The notes beneath the pieces were generated by a model. That model had not been told where the DNA came from. It worked only from the letters and a program-made list of their open reading frames with translations, and did not search any database. From Halobacteriovoraceae bacterium (GTDB lineage Bacteria; Bdellovibrionota; Bacteriovoracia; Bacteriovoracales; Bacteriovoracaceae): a stretch of DNA of 64,000 nucleotides. Numbering within the stretch: the stretch's first letter is position 1; the number at the start of each line of letters is the position of its first letter. The stretch is from contig CAVRCF010000002.1 of the NCBI GenBank assembly GCA_963719505.1, positions 32,001 through 96,000 of the forward strand, read 5' to 3'. Of this stretch, positions 38,288-47,350 are shown in pieces. Position numbers and translations under genes: made by a program.

Positions 38288-39245
38288 TCTCTCTAAAAAA
38301 GAGCTAGAATTGAAAGTGAATTGGAAGCTTTCTAGAAATGAAACTCTTAAAAAAGAAAATTATTTTATTAGCATTGAAGATCAAGGACACACTGGAATTG
38401 GAGAAATCGCTCCAAATATTCGCTACGGTGAAACACCTGAAGTCATTGAGAGTAACTTTAAAACTATAGAAAATCTAAAAGTCGATTTAGATAACTTCTC
38501 CGAGCTAGTCCAGGGCTTGGATCTTTGTCATTCCTTTTTATTTGGCTTTGAGTCTGCTCTAAATCATCTTGTTGCAAAGGTAGAAAATAAACCCATCCAC
38601 CAACATTTAAATCTTAGTGCTCCAGTTGAAATCGCAACTTCTTATTCTGTTCCGATAATGGAAGAGAGTGAGCTTGAAAGCTATTTAAATAAAATTGAGA
38701 GGTTTCATTATATAAAGGTTAAGGTTAGTCGGCACAATGCTAAAAGCTTCGTTTATGCCATAGCGGCACTAACGAATAAGCCCCTTCGGATCGACGGTAA
38801 CGAAGCCTGGGATTCTTTGGATGAGTACTTAGAATTTGAAGAATCGGTAAAGAATATAAATATCCAGTTCATTGAGCAGCCGCTTAAATCCTCGATGGTC
38901 GAGGACTATATAAAACTTAAGGCAGTTTCGAAGTTTAAAATTATGGCCGATGAATCAATTGAGTCAGATGTTGATATGGAACTCATTGCGAAGCAGTTTC
39001 ACAGTGTAAATATTAAATTAATGAAGGCTTCTGGTTATAATAACGCGATAAAGCTTTTAAAAGAGGCAAAAGCCTTTGGTTTAAAAACGATGATTGGCTG
39101 TATGATTGAGACGAGTCTAGGAATATCTAGTGCCATTAATATTTCTAGTCTTGGAGATTATTTTGATTTAGATGGGTCGCTTCTTTTAAAAAACGACCCA
39201 TACAATTTGATTATAGAACAAAAAGGTCTATTAAAACTTAATTAA
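38277..39245 (+). CDS. Dipeptide (L-Ala-D/L-Glu) epimerase, enolase superfamily
   Basis: GIGEIAP..RYGET, KVK, DGNE, EQP, ADES, NIKLMK, GCMIE and DLDG motifs; start revised to the ATG at 38277. Confidence 0.85.
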   Translation: MKISLSKKELELKVNWKLSRNETLKKENYFISIEDQGHTGIGEIAPNIRYGETPEVIESNFKTIENLKVDLDNFSELVQGLDLCHSFLFGFESALNHLVAKVENKPIHQHLNLSAPVEIATSYSVPIMEESELESYLNKIERFHYIKVKVSRHNAKSFVYAIAALTNKPLRIDGNEAWDSLDEYLEFEESVKNINIQFIEQPLKSSMVEDYIKLKAVSKFKIMADESIESDVDMELIAKQFHSVNIKLMKASGYNNAIKLLKEAKAFGLKTMIGCMIETSLGISSAINISSLGDYFDLDGSLLLKNDPYNLIIEQKGLLKLN

Positions 39246-39712
39246 TGCTCGTGTCCACCAGCTCCATGCGCGTGACCATGAGATTTCTCTTCTTCTGTTG
39301 CAGCTCTCTTTTCAGTGATCTCAACATCAAAGTGTAATTCAACACCTGCCATTGGATGATTTCCATCGACATGAACATCATCATTTTCAAGGCTAACAAC
39401 AGTAAAAACCGGAGCGTTTGGCTCTTCGTTTACTTGGAACTGATCACCAAGTTTGAGATCTGCTCCCTCTGGGAACTGGCTTCTTTTAACCGTTATTTTT
39501 AAATCATCAATCACTGGACCATAACCATTTTCAGGGTCGATCGTAATATTCTTTTTATCACCAACTTCCATTTTTACAACTTCGCTCTCAAGTCCAGGAA
39601 TAATATGACCGCTACCAACAAGAAACAGAAGAGGTGCTTGGTTTTCAGAGGAATCAATAAGATTTCCTTCTTTGTCTTTTAGTGTGTAATGAAATCCGAT
39701 TACGTCGCTCAT
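39242..39712 (-). CDS. slyD: FKBP-type peptidyl-prolyl isomerase SlyD
   Basis: HYTL...G..IDSS....PL.FL.G.G.IIPGLE, DGNHPMAG, His-rich tail. Confidence 0.93.
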   Translation of the reverse strand: MSDVIGFHYTLKDKEGNLIDSSENQAPLLFLVGSGHIIPGLESEVVKMEVGDKKNITIDPENGYGPVIDDLKITVKRSQFPEGADLKLGDQFQVNEEPNAPVFTVVSLENDDVHVDGNHPMAGVELHFDVEITEKRAATEEEKSHGHAHGAGGHEH

Positions 39713-39723
39713 AGTTTTTCCTT

Positions 39724-40599
39724 TTAAATTATTGGAGTAAGGCAGATATGCTCATCGCCAACTCGATTGATTATCTCTTTAATATTTAACTTTCTAAAAG
39801 TTTTGCTGATTTTAACTATCGTACTATTAGTGGTATCAAATCTATCTTCATTTTTCAAAGGCAACTCAAAAATATCACAAAACTTTTCCCAAAAATGTTC
39901 TTCGACGCAGGCCAGTGCGACGTATTTATCATCTTTTGTTGTATAAATATTGTAGCAGGGAAGAGCTCCGTTATGGAGAAACCTTGTCATACCGGAGCTT
40001 TCCAAGTTTTCGCTCCAAAAGAGATCTAAGGTTTGCTGAGCACTTCGATCAAGAAAAAGATCGATAATCTGCGTCTGTCCTAATTCGTGAAGCTTTAACA
40101 TTCCGGCAAGGGCGGTCAATGCAATCTTTTGACCATATATAATTCCAGCAATGGGAAGGTAGGGAGGGTCTATTTGATCGGAATCAAACTCCTCTAAATA
40201 AATCTTAAAACTTTTAGATTTCGCCAGTGCATTGAGATCATGCATTGGACTCAAGTCTACACTTCCTCCAACTTTTATTAACACCTTCTTATTCAAATCA
40301 AAGTTGGTTTCGCTAAAAGTTGAAGGGGCAATAATAATATCGTTGTTTTTAATTAAGTCTTTTAAGCTTTCATCTGTGAAAGACACTTTTGTTTTTTGAT
40401 CGTTAAAATTTTTAAACCACTCATTAAAGAGAAGATCATTCGCTTTTTCAAAAGCATCTTTTTTTTCCAAGGGAGTGGCTTTCGTTACGACCGCTCCAAG
40501 CATCTCTAGCTCTTTCGTTGCAAGGGGACCGGGAAGTCTCTGTGAGAGATCTAAAATTCTTAAATTATTCAGAAGGTTTAACATCAAAAATTTCCTCAA
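39724..40599 (-). CDS. CoA-transferase family III (CaiB/BaiF/AMACR-like), short divergent member
   Basis: [14 protein letters not shown]...L..LGA.V, HDLN and PCYNIY.TKD..YVAL.C.E..FW motifs. Confidence 0.8.
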   Translation of the reverse strand: MRKFLMLNLLNNLRILDLSQRLPGPLATKELEMLGAVVTKATPLEKKDAFEKANDLLFNEWFKNFNDQKTKVSFTDESLKDLIKNNDIIIAPSTFSETNFDLNKKVLIKVGGSVDLSPMHDLNALAKSKSFKIYLEEFDSDQIDPPYLPIAGIIYGQKIALTALAGMLKLHELGQTQIIDLFLDRSAQQTLDLFWSENLESSGMTRFLHNGALPCYNIYTTKDDKYVALACVEEHFWEKFCDIFELPLKNEDRFDTTNSTIVKISKTFRKLNIKEIINRVGDEHICLTPII

Positions 40600-42604
40600 A
40601 CTCTTTTAGTGTCGAACCTTGAAGCTCCACCTCATTGTAAGTTCTAATTTGCCACTTCTCATTATTTTCCTCAGTGAAGTTTAGAGCAAATCGAACTGAG
40701 AAGTGAGGGTTGTATTTGGAAAAGATATGATCTTTTAACCATGTTGTTGGAACTGTGATCTCTCTATAAGCTTCATCTGGGTAGGAGAGACTTCTGAGCG
40801 TCTCTCCAAACATAAGAGGGTTTTGAAGACTGAGGTGAGTAAGGGTATCTATTGTTTTCACCACTTCATTAAGTCTCTCTTGTCCCTCTTCTAAGTGCTT
40901 CCATTTTCTTAAGAGGCCTATAAAGATGGCCAGTGACGATTTATAGTTTTGATCAAAGATTGGTGTGTGAATATTTTTATATTGATGAGAGTCTGAAAAA
41001 CTTAGGGGCCTTGTCATGAAGCGACCCTCTTCGTAAAACTCTCTCATGATGTAGTCGATTGTTTTGTCCCCTGACTCTTTAAAGGTCTTGTTCCCTGAGA
41101 TCTCATAAAACCTAAACTGACACTCACAAAACATCACATAGTTTTCAAAAAGTGCAAGGTGAGTCTCTCTTGTTGTGGAGGTAATAATTTTTGATTTACC
41201 ATCAACGCTTTTGATAAATGTTTTGTGGATTGATGTGATTGTCTGGTTAAGAAGTTCTGAAGCTTGCAGGGCAATGGAGTCGACTTTACAATACTGAACA
41301 ACATCCACAAGGGCCGAAATCATCTGGAAGTTCCAGCTTGCAACCCCTTTACTGTCCGTCGCTGGAGGGATTCTCATTTTTCTGGCCTCTGCAAGAGCCT
41401 GTCTAACTGCTCTGACGTCATTCCACCCCTCTGGAGAATAATAGTCTTCCTTGTACTTGTTATTGAGACTGATAACGTTGAGATCTCTTTCGAAATTTCC
41501 TTTTTCAGTTATATCAAACCACTTTAAAAGGGTATCCATCTTGTCTGTGAGATTTTCATCAAAGTCGACAATGGCATCCATGAATTCATTCTTGGTGAAA
41601 GTGAAATAAAGTCCTTGAACATTTTCACTATCTGAATCTTGCCCAGCAAAAAAGAATCCTTCATCTGAGAGCATCTCAACTTTAAGATAGTCAAGCGTTT
41701 GAATAATAGCATCAAAAATTAGAGGTGAAGGATAGATCAGACTTGTTTTCGCCAAAAGTTTTAAAAGGGCTGCTTGGTCGTAAAGCATTTTTTCAAAATG
41801 AGGAACTTTCCAGTCGCTAGAGACCGCGTAGCGATGAACTCCTCCTCGAGCGTGGTCATAGAGTCCACCCATAAGCATGTGCTCAATACTTTTAATGATG
41901 TGCTTACCATTTTCTTCTGGAATCATTCCTTCAAGCATATGTTCAATGGCCCATTCATAAAAAGCGAATTGGGGAAACTTGGGCTCAGTACCGTAGCCTC
42001 CATTTTCATTGTCCTGGTAATTCTTAATAGCATTTAAGATTCCTGCGGGGGATGGATAATGACCTTCGAACTCAACTCTCTCAGTGATTTTTGGATCCTG
42101 AGATATTGCATCTGTTAGATCTTTGGCGTTGGCTTCAACTGTGGCGAGATCGTCTTTAAAAGCTTGGTCTAAATTTTTTATGACTTCCATAAAAGAAGGA
42201 GTTTCGTTAACGGCAGTTTTTGGAAAGTATGTCCCGATGAAGAAAGGTAGAAAGTTTGGAGTGAGAAATGCATTGAGAGGCCATCCTCCTTTGCCGTTCA
42301 TCACTTGACTTGCCAGTTGAAAATACTGATCCAAGTCGGGGAGTTCTTCTTTATCTACTTTTATGCAGATAAAGTTGTCATTGAGGAACTCCGCTGTTTT
42401 CTTATCCTCAAAAGTCTCTTCGTTCATAACAGCACACCAATGTGAACCACTGTAACCAATAGATAAGAAAATAGGTTTATTTTCATCTTGAGCTTTTTGA
42501 AGGGCTTCTGGCCCATACGGCATCCAATGGACGGGGTTATTTTCGTGTCGCAGAAGGTATGAACTTTTCTCTATTTGCAAACGATTATGATTTATTGAAC
42601 TCAT
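40565..42604 (-). CDS. Thioredoxin-domain protein of the YyaL/SSP411 family
   Basis: NRL..E.S.YL..H..NPV.W, GGWPL..FLTP and PHFEKMLYD motifs. Confidence 0.92.
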   Translation of the reverse strand: MSSINHNRLQIEKSSYLLRHENNPVHWMPYGPEALQKAQDENKPIFLSIGYSGSHWCAVMNEETFEDKKTAEFLNDNFICIKVDKEELPDLDQYFQLASQVMNGKGGWPLNAFLTPNFLPFFIGTYFPKTAVNETPSFMEVIKNLDQAFKDDLATVEANAKDLTDAISQDPKITERVEFEGHYPSPAGILNAIKNYQDNENGGYGTEPKFPQFAFYEWAIEHMLEGMIPEENGKHIIKSIEHMLMGGLYDHARGGVHRYAVSSDWKVPHFEKMLYDQAALLKLLAKTSLIYPSPLIFDAIIQTLDYLKVEMLSDEGFFFAGQDSDSENVQGLYFTFTKNEFMDAIVDFDENLTDKMDTLLKWFDITEKGNFERDLNVISLNNKYKEDYYSPEGWNDVRAVRQALAEARKMRIPPATDSKGVASWNFQMISALVDVVQYCKVDSIALQASELLNQTITSIHKTFIKSVDGKSKIITSTTRETHLALFENYVMFCECQFRFYEISGNKTFKESGDKTIDYIMREFYEEGRFMTRPLSFSDSHQYKNIHTPIFDQNYKSSLAIFIGLLRKWKHLEEGQERLNEVVKTIDTLTHLSLQNPLMFGETLRSLSYPDEAYREITVPTTWLKDHIFSKYNPHFSVRFALNFTEENNEKWQIRTYNEVELQGSTLKEFEEIFDVKPSE

Positions 42605-42720
42605 TAAGACTCCTAATGATGAAAAAACAGTATTTTACGCCCCTATGATCTGTAATAATGTAAGGATTTTCAATAAATTTATTTACTTTGATGCCTATCT
42701 TGGGCTAAAACCCCCAACTT

Positions 42721-43509
42721 ATGAGAAATACACAAGTAATTACCGGACGCAAGAGATCTGAATTTTCTCGATTTGCTGCACTGAGTACAATTTTACGAAC
42801 AACCGAGGTTCAAATCTGTATCGGCCTAATTATCATAGGCCTAGTGACGATCTTTGCCAAAGAGCATATTGCAACCTCTCAACTCAATACTATTCAACCT
42901 CCTTCCTATTCTTTCTCTGATGTGAAGTTTGGTTTTGCTGATGCTGGAGTGACTCTAGAGAGTCGTCTTAATCTTGAGCACTCTCTTTTGATGTCTTTGC
43001 CTGGAGATATTAGAGGGAGAGCGAAGCCTTTTATCAAAGCAATTTTAAAGATCAGTGAGATTTATAGCCTTGATCCGATCTGGGTCTCTTCTGTTGTTTG
43101 GACAGAAAGCCACTTTAAGCCCCGTGCAAATAGTCCTATTGGGGCCAGAGGTCTTATGCAGCTAATGCCTACGACGAAAGCTTATATTTATAAGAAACTC
43201 AAAAAACGAAAAATGTACCTTATTGTTGAGAAACCTAATTTTAGACTCAGTGAGTTTTTTGATTTTGAAATCTCAAAAGAGGAAGAAAAGTATTACGCCG
43301 ATCGTCTCGTTAACTTGGAGATTGGAATCTTCTACTTAAAGCGCTTGCTTAAAAGATTTGATGGCCAACATAGGATTGCGACTATTGCTTACAACATGGG
43401 ACCGACTTGGACCCGAAGAAAGCTTCGAGAAAACTATCCTTTAGGCTCAAAAAATAATTATTTAGCAAAAGTCACAAGAGCTTATGACCATATTTTAAAA
43501 AGTATCTAA
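42721..43509 (+). CDS. SLT-domain lytic transglycosylase, membrane-anchored
   Basis: LDP..V..V..TES.F.P.A.S..GARGLMQLMP.T and AYNMGP motifs. Confidence 0.9.
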   Translation: MRNTQVITGRKRSEFSRFAALSTILRTTEVQICIGLIIIGLVTIFAKEHIATSQLNTIQPPSYSFSDVKFGFADAGVTLESRLNLEHSLLMSLPGDIRGRAKPFIKAILKISEIYSLDPIWVSSVVWTESHFKPRANSPIGARGLMQLMPTTKAYIYKKLKKRKMYLIVEKPNFRLSEFFDFEISKEEEKYYADRLVNLEIGIFYLKRLLKRFDGQHRIATIAYNMGPTWTRRKLRENYPLGSKNNYLAKVTRAYDHILKSI

Positions 43510-43931
43510 TGATGAATGATCTTGAAACCTCCAGAGCAGATCTGCTGGTCAAAACACAAGACCTTGTGAATTTGATTGTTCAAAGAAAGAAACTTGTCTC
43601 AAAAATTCAAAAATTAAAAGCAAAAAATACTCCTTTTGGAAACTTTGATCCAGAAAGAGAGTTTTTGGTTTTTCGAGGCCTCGACAATATCTCGAGCTTC
43701 AGCATGCTTGAACTTTTGAGCCTCTCGTGCATAATGGAAGATCAAGCGAGGGCCGATGGTTCATATCCTGCATGGAGCCAAGGCGAACACTTAGAGGAAA
43801 AGTTTCCACTTGGTGTTGAACAGCAAATTAATCCCATTTTACTGGCCACGGTTTATCCCAGTCGTTATGATTCCTTGCCTCTAAAAGTTGAGTTCAAAGT
43901 GGCAATTGAAAAAGCCTCGGAGAGAAAATGA
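43509..43931 (+). CDS. Chorismate mutase type II (AroQ)-like protein
   Basis: LVNLI.QR..LV.KI.KLK......FDPERE pattern; sits just upstream of cmk. Confidence 0.55.
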   Translation: MMNDLETSRADLLVKTQDLVNLIVQRKKLVSKIQKLKAKNTPFGNFDPEREFLVFRGLDNISSFSMLELLSLSCIMEDQARADGSYPAWSQGEHLEEKFPLGVEQQINPILLATVYPSRYDSLPLKVEFKVAIEKASERK

Positions 43932-44641
43932 AACAAAAAGTTATCGCCATCGATGGTCCATCTGGAAGTGGAAAGTCGACAATTGCAAAAATTATTTCAC
44001 AAAAATTGAATCTGACCTACCTCGATACTGGTGCGATGTTTCGTGCCATAGCTTATTCTCTCAAGGATCTTTCCATAGACTTCTCCCAAGAAAATCTTTC
44101 AGAGAATGAAATTCAAATTGTCAGCGACTACCTTCAGAATCTAAACTTTGAATACGGAATCGATGAAAAAACCTTGATAAGACTCAATGGTGTTAATCTC
44201 ACTGAAGAAATTCGAGAGCACTTTGTCTCAGAATTAGCATCAAAGACTTCTAAGTTTCCCATTATTAGAAATTATTTAAAAGAAAAACAACGAGAAATCG
44301 CCAGCACCAAGCCCTCTGTTTTAGAAGGTAGAGATATTGGAACCGTTATTTTTCCAAATGCTTTAGTAAAGATATTCCTTACCGCAGACTCAAAGGTGAG
44401 GGCAAAGCGAAGGTTTGAGCAACTTGTTGAGAAGGATCCAAAAGTCGCATCATCTTTAAGTGTCGACTCCATTCAAGCAGATATTGAGTCTCGAGATGAG
44501 GTTGATCAGTCCAGAGAGACGGCACCTCTTAAAAAAGCAAAGGATGCCATTTCTATCGATACTAGTCATAAATCTATCGATGCTGTTGCCGATGAGATAA
44601 TATCTGAATATGATAAGAAAAAAGATTTATTCAAAGCTTAA
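43928..44641 (+). CDS. cmk: Cytidylate kinase
   Basis: IAIDGPSGSGKST, YLDTGAMFR and EGRDIGTVIFP motifs. Confidence 0.97.
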   Translation: MKQKVIAIDGPSGSGKSTIAKIISQKLNLTYLDTGAMFRAIAYSLKDLSIDFSQENLSENEIQIVSDYLQNLNFEYGIDEKTLIRLNGVNLTEEIREHFVSELASKTSKFPIIRNYLKEKQREIASTKPSVLEGRDIGTVIFPNALVKIFLTADSKVRAKRRFEQLVEKDPKVASSLSVDSIQADIESRDEVDQSRETAPLKKAKDAISIDTSHKSIDAVADEIISEYDKKKDLFKA

Positions 44642-44655
44642 CTAAGGCCACTAAA

Positions 44656-45660
44656 ATGATCTCTCAATCAAGACTAAATGAAATAACGAAAAAATTTGAT
44701 CAAATAAAACCTATTCTTGTTATAGGTGATGTTGGGATTGATAAATATTCTTTGGGGGCAGTCAATAGAATTTCCCCTGAAGCACCCGTGCCTGTTATTG
44801 AAGTGCAAAAAGAGTGGATGAAACTTGGTCTTGCGGCCAATGTCTCTGATAACTTAAAAAGTCTCTGTGTTGCGACAACTCTTTGTGGAGTGATCGGGGA
44901 TGATAAAAACGCCAACACTCTAGAAGAATTACTGGAGGAGTCAGAACTTAAAACCTGGGGACTTGTCAGAGATGAACAAAGAATGACAACTTTCAAAGAG
45001 CGAGTCGTCACCAGTGTTCAACAAATTTGTCGAATTGATTATGAAACAAAAGAGGGCATCTCCAATAGTACCTATGAGAGACTGAAAGAGAGATTTAACG
45101 AGTTTAAAGCCGAGCACTCCTCAATTATTCTTGAAGACTATGGTAAGGGGCTTTTTACAAAAACAGTTCTTGAATTTATTTTGAGCGATGCAAAAGAAAA
45201 TAACTTAAAAACATATGTCGATCCATCTCGCTCGACACCAGCCCATTGGTATAAAGGAGCAAGCTTCTTAAAGCCCAATGAGGTGGAAAGTGAAATCCTC
45301 GTCAAAGGACTGGGCTTTGATAAGAAAACCTCTATAGAGGAAAGAGCTAATATCCTAGTGGATAAACTAGATCTCGAAAAAGTGATCATCACCTTAGGTG
45401 CAAATGGTATGGCTTTACTAGATACAAGCACAGATGGAAAGGTTCACATTATTCCTACTGTTGCCAAAGATGTCTTTGATGTTTCTGGAGCGGGGGACAC
45501 TGCAATTAGTGCTATCGTTGCCTCTTTATCTGCTGGAGCAACTCTTGAGGAAGCTGCCTGGATTGGTAATTGCGCCTCTGGAATCGTGGTGGGTAAAAAA
45601 GGAACGGCTCTCGTTACTGTAGAAGAGCTAAAAAAGTATCACTCCAATCTCTCTTTTTAA
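44656..45660 (+). CDS. rfaE1: D-glycero-beta-D-manno-heptose-7-phosphate kinase (stand-alone RfaE domain I / HldA)
   Basis: RISPEAPVPV, DYGKG, KPN..E and DVSGAGDT motifs. Confidence 0.9.
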   Translation: MISQSRLNEITKKFDQIKPILVIGDVGIDKYSLGAVNRISPEAPVPVIEVQKEWMKLGLAANVSDNLKSLCVATTLCGVIGDDKNANTLEELLEESELKTWGLVRDEQRMTTFKERVVTSVQQICRIDYETKEGISNSTYERLKERFNEFKAEHSSIILEDYGKGLFTKTVLEFILSDAKENNLKTYVDPSRSTPAHWYKGASFLKPNEVESEILVKGLGFDKKTSIEERANILVDKLDLEKVIITLGANGMALLDTSTDGKVHIIPTVAKDVFDVSGAGDTAISAIVASLSAGATLEEAAWIGNCASGIVVGKKGTALVTVEELKKYHSNLSF

Positions 45661-45753
45661 AAAAGCCAAAGAGCTGCGCCAATAAACTTTGGCAAAGTCA
45701 GCAAAATGGTGCTTAAACCATTTCGGACTGGATTTTTGTAAGCGACCGAAATA

Positions 45754-46168
45754 TCTCACTTTAAGTCTTAAATGCACAAACCTCTTTTTTCAAAGTGTGT
45801 TGGGCTTTATCATGAAGAGAACAAATACCCGTCGAAACGGTGACTGTGTTGCGAAAGCCTCAGGAACAAAGTTCTGCCCTAAACAATACTGCATGGGTTG
45901 AGGGAACTGCCGAAACGGTTGAAAAGACAATTGCCCTTTGTGTTTGGATACACTTTAAACATGTCGGGTCACCTTATGGTTCTAAACTTTAAGGCGAGGG
46001 AGGTTGTGCTTTTTGGGAGGTTCTAGTGGGGCCATAACTTGGCTTTTACATTCATAACAACATTCATATTTACATCCCTCGCGGGAGAAATGGTAAAACC
46101 ATTAATTTAGCTAACACGCATTTCTTAAAATAAATCAGACCTGAGCATAGCCTCGGGTCTTTTTTTTT
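45754..46168 (+). ncRNA. Structured non-coding RNA with a degenerate c-di-GMP-I/cGAMP (GEMM)-like module; possible merRNA counterpart; boundaries approximate
   Basis: Nested long-range stems with G-U pairs on the + strand (45754-60/46025-31, 45774-84/46000-09, 45792-801/45947-56). GEMM-like order GAAA hairpin-GAC...GCGAAAGCCUC...CCUAAAC...GCAUGG...GAGG..CUGCCGAAA. Ends in a strong terminator. Confidence 0.55.
46137..46168 (+). terminator. Strong intrinsic terminator
   Basis: AGACCTGAG / CTCGGGTCT stem followed by T8. Confidence 0.9.
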
Positions 46169-46274
46169 GTCTAACTAAATCGATTTTGTTAATCTTTGCT
46201 CCACTTTATAAAGTAGGTATAAAGTAAGTTCGAATAATCATCATTAATGATTCATAGCAATAAGTGGGAAGAAG

Positions 46275-47315
46275 ATGTTACAAAAATTAGAAGAGTTACA
46301 AAAAAACTTTGATGCCCAAATTGACGGGTGCCTAAAACAGGCGGAAGTTCTAAATTTAAAATCACAAGTTCTAGGAAAAAAAGGTTCACTTTCTGAAATT
46401 TTAAAGTCCTTAAAAGATGCTTCAAACGAAGAGAGAAAAGCTATTGGACCTAAGTCTAATGAGGTTAAACAACATATTGAAAAAGCTGTCTTGAGTAAAC
46501 TCAATGAGATTGAACTCAAAGAAGTCAATGAAAAGCTAGAGCAAAATAAAATTGATTTCTCACTCCGCGACTCTCTTTTAGAGAGAGGATTGACGGACGC
46601 AGGTGTTCATCCAGTCAATAAGATCCAGCGTGAAGTTGAAGATATCTTTCTTTCTATGGGATTTGATGTCCTAGACGGACCCCATATTGAGGATGAATGG
46701 CACAATTTTGAAGCCTTAAATATTCCAGAGACCCATCCGGCTAGAGATATGCAAGATACGTTTTGGTTTAAAGATATGAAACATCTTCTCAGAACCCATA
46801 CTTCAACCATTCAAGTTCGTGGAATGGAGTCTCGCAAACCACCTTTTAAATTTGTAGGACCTGGAAAAGTCTTTCGTTGTGAAAGAACTGATGCCACTCA
46901 CGAGATGTGTTTTCATCAGTTGGAAGGAATGATGGTTGGTAAGGATATAACCGTTGGAAACCTTATCTATTTTATGAAAACTCTTTTAAAAGAAATCTTT
47001 AAAAAAGATATGGAAGTTCGACTTCGACCAGGGTTCTTTCCGTTCGTAGAACCGGGGTTTGAATTAGATATTAGATGGAAAAAACCAGACCCTAAAAAGG
47101 GAGAGTCGGAGCACTCTGGGTGGCTTGAACTTCTTCCGTGCGGGATGGTTCACCCCAATGTTCTCAAGGCTGGCGGGATAGATCCAGATGAATACAATGG
47201 TTTCGCTTTTGGACTTGGTCTCGATAGGCTTGTGATGGTTCGCTATGCGATCGAGGATATTCGTCATCTGCACTCTGGTGACCTTCGATTTAACAAACAA
47301 TTTAAAACTCACTAA
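46275..47315 (+). CDS. pheS: Phenylalanine--tRNA ligase alpha subunit
   Basis: HPARDMQDTF, LRTHTS, FPFVEP.FE and GFAFGLGLDRL motifs. Confidence 0.98.
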   Translation: MLQKLEELQKNFDAQIDGCLKQAEVLNLKSQVLGKKGSLSEILKSLKDASNEERKAIGPKSNEVKQHIEKAVLSKLNEIELKEVNEKLEQNKIDFSLRDSLLERGLTDAGVHPVNKIQREVEDIFLSMGFDVLDGPHIEDEWHNFEALNIPETHPARDMQDTFWFKDMKHLLRTHTSTIQVRGMESRKPPFKFVGPGKVFRCERTDATHEMCFHQLEGMMVGKDITVGNLIYFMKTLLKEIFKKDMEVRLRPGFFPFVEPGFELDIRWKKPDPKKGESEHSGWLELLPCGMVHPNVLKAGGIDPDEYNGFAFGLGLDRLVMVRYAIEDIRHLHSGDLRFNKQFKTH

Positions 47316-47350
47316 AAACTTTAGTTTATTAAAAGATAAGGAAAAAGACT

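Noticed and set aside
42430-42460. YyaL thioredoxin motif reads SHWC instead of CHWC
   Set aside because: A single substitution in a family of unknown mechanism; too little to build a claim on.
45689-45901. 70-aa ORF in the rfaE1-pheS gap
   Set aside because: TTG start with no clear RBS, no recognisable protein features, and it overlaps the structured RNA.
45810-46168. T-box riboswitch or pheM-type attenuator controlling pheST
   Set aside because: No GGTGGNACC T-box sequence before the terminator, no Phe-rich leader peptide, and pheS appears to have its own promoter downstream of the terminator.
45661-46168. tmRNA, RNase P RNA, 6S RNA, group I intron or retron msr-msd
   Set aside because: No tRNA-like ends, no GAGGAAAGTCC, no group I R/S elements, too long and branched for 6S, and no reverse transcriptase in the window. 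The 45661/46039 complementarity may be chance, since 45665-45693 forms its own hairpin.
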